DNA of 64,000 nt. It comes from Octopus sinensis (taxonomy: Eukaryota). Position numbers and translations under genes: made by a program. Shown here piece by piece: positions 54,236-64,000 of the stretch; positions within the stretch are counted from its first letter, which is position 1, and every line of letters starts with the position of its first letter. The DNA lies in contig NC_043006.1 in the NCBI RefSeq assembly GCF_006345805.1, positions 8,246,001 through 8,310,000 on the forward strand, written 5' to 3'. The notes below the pieces were generated by a model. The model did not search any database and was not told the origin of the DNA. It was given only the letters and a program-made list of their open reading frames with translations.

Positions 54236-54624
54236 GTGGAGGCGCAATGGCCCAGTGGTTAGGGCAGCGGACTCGCGGTCATAGGATCGCGGTTTCGATT
54301 CCCAGACCGGGCGTTGTGAGTGTTTATTGAGCGAAAACACCTAAAGCTCCACGAGGCTCCGACAGGGGATGGTGGTGATCCCTGCTGTACTCTTTCACCA
54401 CAACTTTCTCTCACTCTTTCTTCCTGTTTCTGTTGTACCTGTATTTCAAAGGGCCGGCCTTGTCACTCTCTGTGTCACGCTGAATATCCCCGAGAGCTAC
54501 GTTAAGGGTACACGTGTCTGTGGAGTGCTCAGCCACTTACACGTTAATTTCACGAGCAGGCTGTTCCGTTGATTCGGATCAACCGGAACCCTCGTCGTCG
54601 TAACCGACGGAGTGCTTCCCATCC
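54236..54624 (+). mobile_element. SINE family D with a 12-bp TSD
   Basis: atttaagttcca at 54224-54235 and 54625-54636. Confidence 0.95.
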
Positions 54625-54943
54625 ATTTAAGTTCCAATAGTAGTTCCTGTTTACTCAATTTTAAGAATGGAGCCGTGGATTCTGTGTTCCACATTCGAAA
54701 TAGTTTTGTGGCGTGAATTAATATGAACTACTTTTGGAAGTTAAATACCATGTACAGGAATCAGTTTTACTACTTCTATACACCATGTTACTCGAATAAT
54801 AGAACTGCAACTACAATTGTTTTAATATTTGGCTTCTAATTATTTCTTTCTCTTATTTCCCTCTATTTCCCTATCTCCTCCTTTGCCACAATAATTCGTT
54901 ATTTCGAACTCAAGCATTTACCTTTATTTGACCATCCCACATC

Positions 54944-54991
54944 ATCTCTGATGAAGGGATATCCATAATATCCCTGGAACAGCTGTAAGAT
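54944..54991 (+). ncRNA. Type-I hammerhead motif with GAAA changed to GGAA
   Basis: aucu-CUGAUGA-agggauau(ccaua)auaucccu-GGAA-c(agcu)g-UA-agau. Confidence 0.6.
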
Positions 54992-55062
54992 TATATCTAT
55001 ATCTCTTTCCTTATAAATGTCCTGAAAACTCTTCACATCCTTGGATTTGTAATCTCTTTTTC

Positions 55063-55119
<57 letters not shown>

Positions 55120-55129
<10 letters not shown>

Positions 55130-55401
55130 GTAATATCAGGGAGTAAATCCAAACTTACAGGGAAAAGTTAGATTTAGGATTAAATCTAATTTTATAGTAT
55201 AAATATATATAATTATATTAAATTAGATATAAAACCACTATTAGGCAAATCAAACAGTGAAAATCATAAGCCAATACATAGAAATAAAATTAATTAATAA
55301 AATATATAAAAAATATAAAATATAAAATTCCAAATTATAATATTTAAATTAAAGTTAAGATTTAAAAAATTATTAAGATTAATAATTTAAACTTATAATT
55401 T

Positions 55402-55443
<42 letters not shown>

Positions 55444-56330
55444 TATTTGAGACAAAACCACTATTTTGCAAACAAACAAGGAAAGACTTAATCAATACAA
55501 AAAATTAATAAATTGACTATTATTAAATTTTATGTATTGATTAAGTCTTTCCTTGTTTGTTTTGCAAATAGTGGTTTTGTCTCAAATAATATTTTATAAT
55601 ATTTACTATAAAATTGGATTTAATCCTAAATCTGATTTTTTTCCCTGTAAATTTGGATATATTCCCTAATATTTATTATATATATATATATATATATAAT
55701 TATTTATTAATTTATTTATTATTTGAATATTTTTTTTATTATATAACTATCAAAAAGTATTAAAGTTTAATATAAGATAAAGACTAAAACCTCTACGATC
55801 GTTTCTTGCTATTAACCAAATTTGAATAACAATAATTTAAATTCAATTAATAATTCCAATTATGGTTACAGTCAATCTTGGATATATTCCCTAATATTTA
55901 TTTTATATATATATATATATATATAATTATTTTATTTATTTATTTATTTATTTGAATATTTTTTTTATTATATAACTATCAAAAAGTATTAAAAGTTTAA
56001 TATAAGATAAAGACTAAAACCTCTACGATCGTTTCTTGCTATTAACCAAATTTGAATAACAATAATTTAAATTCAATTAATAATTCCAATTATGGTTACA
56101 GTCAATCTTCAGGTTAATTGTAATATTTTAATAAATAATCAGAAATATTTAAACAATATTTTTTAAGAAATAAATAAAATAATAATTTTTCTTATAAAAA
56201 ACTCTATTATCAAACTAGAAACTTAAGTTTGATTTGCCTAATAGCGGTTTTATCTCTAATTTAATATAATATATATTTATATAATTTAATATAATATATA
56301 TATATATATATTATAATATATTTATGCTAA
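55120..56330. mobile_element. Mosaic of AT-rich PLE-type terminal repeats (palindrome plus tandem duplication)
   Basis: Palindrome 55434-55598; tandem units 55653-55877 and 55878-56107; same family as 9929. Confidence 0.75.
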
Positions 56331-57329
56331 TACAAGACCCACATTAAACTCCTCACTCGTATCACTATCGAACCAAGAGTTTAACTAGGGTCTGTCCATA
56401 CTACTTAGCGTTACCTACCACTCTTTGGGTCTTCTCGATACCAATACCTTTTCTATAATATATATATATATATAATATATATATTATTAAATATATATAT
56501 ATATATATATATATATACATGCATTGTCACTTTGAAAAGTTACATTTAATTTTGATTTTTAAAATTCAATTAGTAATATGTATGAAATTGAAGGGCTACT
56601 TGATGTTTAGGACTTTAATTAAATTGGGACAATAGTTAAGAACAACACACTCTGAAATTCGTAGTACGCGACAAACATTAATTACAGCAAGTTAGGTCAG
56701 TACTTAGAGACATTAATTAATCAAAAAATCCGAATTAATGGAAACAACAACAGCGTGATCAGAAATGACGACTAGTCGTAATAAGATATTGCAAACACAG
56801 AATGAAATTATGGCATAAGTAATATAGATAACGTTTTCGCTGTGAAGTGTTTCAATACAAATATTAAAATCTCGACGGTGTTAGATTTGCTCGCTGTTTC
56901 TGTCCATTATGTGTTTAGACGACAGAGATGAGTTAGATAAGGATGAGGTCAGAAAGGTTGAAAGCTGCACTACACGTTATCTTCATATTACCATAACAAC
57001 TATGGGGATCAAACATAGGACTCAAAGTCATGTATGTACACACACACACACACATACATACACACTCAGGCACTTGCACACACACACACACATACATATA
57101 TATAAGCATATACACTTATATATGAACGTGTATCTATAAATGTATGAATTTATTCTATCTATATGTGTATGCTTGTACGTTCCTATATATATATATATGT
57201 GTATATATATCTGTGTGGGGGGGGGTGAGTGTGTGTGTGTGCATGTGTGTGTGCATCAATGTATGTAAGTATGTGTGTATGCATATATATATATATATAT
57301 ATATATATAGGATGAAAGTGAGACCACGT

Positions 57330-57552
57330 GAGCGCATAATATATAACGGGAAGCTTTATGAAAATAAACAAAAGACGAAGGCAGGTGGAAAACAAACGAA
57401 CAATTGTATTAGTATGGCGCTCAGGAAATATAAATAAAACAAGTCTTTAACGTTTCGAGCCTACGCTCTTCAACAGAAAGATACACAGAGAGAGAAAAAC
57501 ACAGAAAGAAGGAGAGAAAAAAATGCGTGCAGTAGCTAACGAATCAACATGG
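57330..57552 (-). mobile_element. F1 hammerhead element (motif at 57444-57481)
   Basis: ucuuu-CUGUUGA-a-gagc(guag)gcuc-GAAA-cg-UU-aaaga. Confidence 0.75.
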
Positions 57553-58036
57553 CAGGTTGGACAGGACCACCCGTGCCAACCTCATCAACAGTGCAGTTCT
57601 ACCTGCAATGTTATATGGTAGTGAAACATGGGCTACCACAAAGAGAGAAGAGCAGAGACTGGTAACGGCTCAAAGAGCCATGGAAAGGTCAATGCTTGGT
57701 ATCTCGTTGAGAGAGCACATCAGTAGCGAGATCATCAGAAAGAAGTCCGGCGTGAGAGATGTCATCGCAGAGTATACACGCAGCAAGTATAGATGGGCTG
57801 GATAAGTCGCCCGGCTCACCGATAATCGGTGGACCCGCGCATTTGTCGAGTGGTCCTCGCGTGAGCGGAAACGACCACCCGGAAGGCCTCGATGACAGTG
57901 GATTTATGATTTCAGGAGGACGATTGGGATCACGTGGATGAGAAAGGCGCGATCCAGAGAGGAGTGAACCGCGTGCTGTGACCAGCGGTGTCAAATGGGC
58001 GCCCGACGGACTGGTCGGTCAAGGTGATCAAGGTGA
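57553..58036 (+). mobile_element. RTE-clade LINE 3' fragment (distinct lineage)
   Basis: VLPAMLYGSETWATTK, QRAMERSMLGISL, RWAG and KRPPGRP motifs; caaggtgat tail occurs twice. Confidence 0.88.
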
Positions 58037-58304
58037 TATATATATTTTATATGTATGGGTGTGTGTGTATGATTGACCACAGGGACAATGTTCTCGTGTA
58101 AAAACCCGAAAACACACCACGTGTTAGATTAATAAATACACTCTATTTTTAAATAGATGATATTGTGAGAGCATATGCACTTTTGTAGTTTCGATTGTAT
58201 AAACTAGAAATCATTCAGCTGTCTTCAAGAAACCTACTATATTTTAGATCCGAGACTGTTTCCTGTATCTGTAATTACTACCAGGAAAGGATTTCCAAAA
58301 TTGT

Positions 58305-58701
58305 TCTTTTACTTGTTTCAGTTATTTGATTGTGGCCATGCTGGAGCACCGCCTTTGGTCGAGCAAATCGACCCCAGAACTTATTCTTTGTAAGCCTAGT
58401 ACTTATTCTATCGGTCTCTTTTGCCGAACCGCTAAGTTACGGGGACGTAAACACACCAGCATCGGTTGTCAAGCGATGATGGGGTGACAAACACAGACAC
58501 GCAAACATATACACACACACATATATATATATTCATATATGCGACAGTCTTCTTTCAGTTTCTGTCTACCAAATCCACTCACAAGGCTTTGGTCGGCCCG
58601 AGGCTATAGTAGAAGACACTTGCCCAAGATGCCACGCAGTGGGATTTAACCCGGAAAATATGTGGTTCATAAGCAAGCTACTTACCACACAGCCACTCCT
58701 A
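58305..58701 (-). mobile_element. SINE family A, full length
   Basis: cttttacttgtttcag...cacacagccactcctat. Confidence 0.92.
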
Positions 58702-59228
58702 TAAACTTGTATGAACTTTCTATAAATTATGAATTTATTACAAAAAAATCTTCTATCAGTACGCGTTGTTAGAAAGTTTACACGAGTAGAAACTTTGAAA
58801 ATTAACAGCGTTATTATATTCACAAAACTCAAGAGAAATGGAGTGAAAGAAAACACTTACTTCTGACACATGCAGCTATCGTCGATCCTCTTTCTACATG
58901 TAGAAGTGTCGATAAAACAAAGAAGAAAAATTATAAATGCGAAATAGTAGATGCAAATGCCATATAGTCATTGCATTTAATTGAATGTTCAGGGGATATG
59001 AATAGAACAGCCAGCATCAAGTAAAGGGCAAACGTTTCTCAGTTTCTGTAACGTTGTTACACTCATATTTGTAAGATATGATTAGTTGTGCTAGTGTGTA
59101 TACTGCTGAAAGTTCAAACAGTTTTTTAGATATGGATATAACCAAGTAATAGGAATTTTAGAACTGGAACCAGCAGAAGCATATTCAAATTAGGCAAATA
59201 TCTGGTCATTTGTATTCAAATCTTACTA

Positions 59229-59555
59229 CGAGGTACACTCCGTCGGTTACGGCGACGAGGATCTCAGCTGATACGATCGACGGAACAGCTTGCTCGTGAA
59301 ATTAACGTGCAAGTGGCTGAGCACTCCGCAGACACGTGCACCCGTAACGTAGTTCTCGGGGAGATTTAGCGTGACACAGAGTGACAAGGCTGGCCCTTTG
59401 AAATACAGGTACTATTCCTTTTTGCCAGCTGAGTGAACTGGAGCAACGTGGAAATAAAGTGTCTTGTTCAAGGACACAACGCGTCGCCGGGATTTGAACT
59501 CACGACCTTACGATTGTGAGCCGAATGCCCTAACCACTAAGCCACGCGTCTTCAC
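59229..59555 (-). mobile_element. Chimeric SINE: family C head plus family D tail
   Basis: Head matches 12077-12215; tail matches 49460-49625. Confidence 0.85.
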
Positions 59556-61170
59556 ATCTTACTTTATCATTAGGAATAATACATAATTTTGAGATATAAT
59601 TATACCCCTGTTCCTTTACATCTTCAGTATGCGTATAAAGATATAAACATATATGGTTACAAACATATCTGTCGGTCTCTTAACTGACTGTGTCATCTAC
59701 TTAATATTTGAGAATTTCCTGTTCGTGTGGAGAACAAATAGATTGGTGGATGAAAGCAATACTTTGTGAAGCACTTTTAAACAATGTAAATGTTGGATTA
59801 CGTATCAAAGTAATTTTACCGTTTAAAACATAGGTCCAATTAAACTCAAATCGACCAGATCAATAATCGAAAGTATTCCAGGCATGAACCAACAGAAAAT
59901 ATAGCGAGTTTGTTATTTTATACCACAGTAGGGTAAGATTACAAGTCTGTTCTTTCGAGTGGGTAGAGTAATGACGAAAGATGAGCCCTTCTTGTCATTA
60001 AGGGTACTGATAAGGAAATGAATTTATTAGTTGTTTAGTTTTGAATAAAGTTGTATAGGTTAGTAGATACTGTGATTACAGTAATTTGTTTTTCCATTTG
60101 TTTTGCAAGATTCTTCATGCAAAATCGTGTGTTGATATTTGCTATTTGTCCGCATTTATTTTTATCTAAAGGCCTGACATGTCACACAATATTATACGAA
60201 ATTCTCCTTTTAACTAAGCAATATACAACAAGTTCTCCATTGGGTATGTTTCAAAAGGGATCAAAATACCGGCTCTGCTGCACATTGCACTACACTGCCA
60301 TTATGTAAATATAATCACGTTGCGTAATTAATTACGATGTACGAATACTTTATCTGAGTTTATGATTAACAGACATGAAATCTAGAGATGTATGTGCATG
60401 TAGGTGTGGTTATGGTTACATGTTACTGACTTTGATGTTTAGCGTGTAACCACTTCATGTCATCGAAACAAACTCTTTACATTTCTAAATGTTTATAACA
60501 GAGGGATGCATTAAAGTTGCTCAATGCAGTTTCTAGCTTGTCCCAAAGCGGATCTTTTAATATGCTTTTTTGACACAGCATACCATGGTACATTGCTTTT
60601 CAAAGTAACCACAAACAAATCACTGATATTGCATCCTAGTTCAAATCTGATCATGAAAAACTATCGCACGATGTTAGGCGAGCGAATGACTAAGGGCAAC
60701 TCACAAGCTTCTTTCTCTGATCTGAGATGATGGTTTTACCATAATTCTACATATATGAGAATCTTACAGAACACCCGACTCGCTGTGATGGAAAAGCAAT
60801 GACACTTTAAGAACTTCGTAATTTCTCCACTCTAAAGTCAATTCGTCTGCGATGTACAATGCTGAATGTTTGAGACATTTTTAGAAGAGGCAGTCATGTC
60901 CACTGAATGGCTGTAAATTTATTGTATCGTTACTAGACATGTAATAAAGTGGCTTACCAATTTCTTTTTTTATTTCAGATTGAAGGAGACGGCTGTAAGA
61001 ACATTTTGAACACATCCTAGTATACCCTACTAAACACAGCTTGTCGAAGCTAACTGGCTTGCTGAGGGCAATGAGAAGATCGCCATACAATAATGTTTTG
61101 TATTAAACTGGTCGAGTTATGAAATATTTCAAACTGCTTATGTATAAGACAAGCTCCTGCTTTTCTCTTG

Positions 61171-62070
61171 TACAAGGCGTTCATTGACACTATAGAGGAG
61201 TTGAGAAACGATGGGAGTTGTTGTACGTAGAGGGATATCAGAATATAAGATCTGGTTGAGAAAGTTTACAGTTTTCTAGACGAAGACCGTCGTGTGTCTA
61301 TAAAGACAATAAACATACAGTTTGGAGGTGGTTTGGCAATTGTAGACGGAATTATTTATGAACATGTGAACATGCACAACATGACGAACAGAAGAAAAGA
61401 CGCGTTGGTGACAAAAGGAAGAAAAGTTGAGCTCATTATCTCCAATGCCGGAGGGTTTGAATCTCTGATGTCCTGTGACAAAAGCTGGATCTACTGCTAT
61501 GAACCAGTGCCCAAGGAACAGGGTACCCAATGAAAGCACTCTGGTACCCAGGCCAAAAAGGCGAAGCAAAGTAAGTTTACTGAGAAGCTCATGATGATCC
61601 CATTTTCCGACAGCAAGGGCATCATCTACATTTTTTGTGCTTCCTCTGACGGGACTATCAACAAAGAGTATTTTGTAGAGGTTTTGAGAAATTTCAGTAA
61701 GACATTTCGTCGCAAAAGGCAAGAACACCTCCACCAGGACGATGCATCTGTTTACAGTTCCATTCTGGAAACCAGCTACTTGACAATGACGGACATCAAA
61801 ATTATCCCTCACCCTCCTTACAATCCAGGACTTTATCCCTGTGACTTTTGGTTGTTTACCAAGCTTAAGGAGACCCTCTGAGAAATCGGTTTGAGGACAT
61901 TGAGAAAATAAAGGAGGCTGTGACAATTATCCTGGACACTTTCACTTTTGAGGACTTAGAACACGTGCATTGAATTTATGGAATTCTAGTCTGAGGTGGA
62001 TCACTGTTTTGTGTTTCAATAAATAAATGACCCTCCTGAAAAGTTTCTAAATTTCTGGAAAGCATCTTGT
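61171..62070 (+). mobile_element. Mariner (DD34D) element, decayed
   Basis: SCDKSWIYCYEP, LHQDDA and HPPYNPGLYPCDFWLF motifs; eroded tacaag TIR ends. Confidence 0.85.
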
Positions 62071-62282
62071 ATATTTGTATCCAATCATAATATATGTAAC
62101 AGAATAGATTGTGCGTATTCGATGCCCATTATGATTAGATCCTCACACTCCAACGTTCTTTTTTAGATGAAGTCGACTTTTCTGTTCTGTTTTACAAGAT
62201 GAGATAAATACGAGCTATGTAAGAGGTAATTTGTGATGACAATAGCTTCAGACACAAGTATTATTAGTATTATTCTAACTGA

Positions 62283-62420
62283 TTCCCAATCAAGTGGTTT
62301 AGGATGCAGTTCCACAGCGCAGCACCTTGGGCAAGTGATTTCTGCTTTAACCTTGGACCGACCAAAGCCTTGTGAGTAAGATTTTGTAGACGGAAACTGA
62401 AAGAGGCCTGTCATATATAA
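62283..62420 (+). mobile_element. SINE family A, 5' half (split by CR1)
   Basis: gcaccttgggcaag..gtagacggaaactgaaag. Confidence 0.8.
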
Positions 62421-62425
62421 GTATC

Positions 62426-62457
<32 letters not shown>

Positions 62458-62607
62458 GTGTGTGTGTGTGTATGTGTGTGTGTGTGGGGGGGGAGAGAGA
62501 GAGAGAGTAAGAGAGAGAGAGTGTGTGAGTGTTTGTGTGTGTGTGAGTGATTGTGTGTGTGTGTGTGTGGATGGGTGTATGTGTGTGTATGTGAATCTAG
62601 ATGTGTT

Positions 62608-63793
62608 AGTTAGTTAGTTAATTTTTGGCTCAAAAAGCAAAAAGCAAGGCCATGTAGGGGTACATGGAGTTATGTACAGGGTGGTGTTCATGTAAAGAGT
62701 TCAGGCCACTTGTGGTCAAGGAAGACTTTGAACCGAGCGGTCGTCGGCATCTTCACTATCTCGTCCGGCAGCTTATTCCACGGTTCCGCAACCCGGACGG
62801 AGAAAGCCCCTCTCCTTCGCAGATAGAGCTTTTCGGAGTGACCCCGCAGCCAACACTCTGGAGCAGGAGTGAAGAACAGCTCTTTCGAGAGTTTACACTT
62901 TCCGCTTATGATGTTGTGAGCAAGAATGAGATCACCACGGCGTCGTCGTTTTTCTAGAGAATAAAGGTCGAGCGTTTTCAGCCTTTCTTCATAAGACAAA
63001 TTCTTGAGACCAAGAACCATGCAGGTAGCCAGCTTCTGGACTCTTTCGAGATACTGTATGTCTTTGAGGAGATAAGGAGAAGAGGCTTGAATCCCGTACT
63101 CCAATATGGGTCTCACCAGCGTGACCTAAAGCGGTAGGAATATGGCTGCTGTGAGCATTCCGAATGACCATCGAATCAAGAACAGAACTCCGCGTGCTTT
63201 GTTGGCAGCATGGACGCACTGGGCCGAAGGCGAAAAGGAGGAATCCACCAAGATACCCAGGTCCTTTACCTGGTCGGTCCTCTCCAGCAGCAGACGACCC
63301 GGCTCGAAATCAAGTTGAGTTGCAGGAGGAGAGCCAACAGGCAGATGACAGCACTTTGACACGTTCAGACACAGGTCCCATTCGTTAGACCATCTCCAAA
63401 TTTGGTGGAGGCATCGACGAAGACCTCTATAACACCGCGAGGTGCGACCAGTTTGACATCGTCTGCAAATAGAAGGGTGTGTTGCGTGAGGTCGTCGGGC
63501 AAGTCATTTATGAAGACTAAGAACAATAAGGGCCCAAGCACTGAAACTTGAGGCACGCCACTGCTCGCACTGGAGACGTCGGACAGCGAACCATTAACTT
63601 GGACTTGAAAGGAGCGATCTGAGAGGAAGGCACCAACCTATCGTACAATATCCGGATGGAAACTATATGCTTGAAGCTTGACAAGTAATAGGCGGTGGTT
63701 TACCGAGTCAAAAGCTTTGGCAAAGTCCAATAAAACGATGTCAACAGCATCACCATCATCGAGAATGCGCGTCACCAATTCTTCCATTAACAG
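62608..63793 (-). mobile_element. CR1 LINE, 5'-truncated
   Basis: LDFAKAFDSVNH, GVPQVSVLGPLLF, LFADDVKL, KDLGI, RPILEYG and LEKRRRRGDL motifs; (CTAA)n tail. Confidence 0.93.
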
Positions 63794-63794
63794 T

Positions 63795-64000
63795 GTGTAC
63801 GTGTGTGAGTGGTTGTGTATGTGTGTGTGTTTGTGTCTGTGTTAGTCCCACCCCCACCGCTTGACAACAGGTGCTGTTGTGTTTACGGTCCCGTAATTTA
63901 GTGGTTCTGTGCAAAAGAGACCGATGGAATAAGTACCAGGCTTTTAAAAAACAAATACATTCGACTAAAAATTTTTTATATTGGTTTCCCAGCATGGCAG
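63795..64000 (+). mobile_element. SINE family A, 3' half
   Basis: cgcttgacaacaggtgctg..aaaagagaccgatggaataagtacc..ccagcatggc. Confidence 0.8.

Larger units (their letters stand above)
53990..55040. mobile_element. Inverted pair of PLE-type terminal repeats, each with a hammerhead motif
   Basis: Arms at about 53990-54235 and 54736-55040 are reverse-complement homologues. Confidence 0.75.

Overview
AT-rich, microsatellite-dense animal DNA with no confidently identifiable host exon. It is almost certainly an Octopus intron or intergenic region; this is inferred from recalled repeat families and was not checked by search. More than half of the window is transposon debris: tRNA-headed SINEs (four families, labelled A-D here), R4/Dong-like RLE LINE fragments sitting in (TAA)n or (CATA)n tracts, RTE, CR1-group and Tx1-like LINE fragments, Penelope-like (PLE) RT and GIY-YIG remnants, two mariner remnants and one DD41D Tc1/mariner element. 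Every ORF with recognisable protein motifs is a broken TE fragment; the rest are mostly microsatellite artefacts. Best observations: (1) about nine minimal type-I hammerhead-ribozyme motifs in three or four unrelated short non-coding families, most with self-complementary stem III and one with a compensatory base-pair change; (2) same-orientation trains of microsatellite-associated RLE elements, including an apparent (CATA)n-associated family; (3) a 252-bp, 71% GC foreign insert; (4) several long fold-back palindromes. Most TE boundaries are approximate (plus or minus 10-30 bp).
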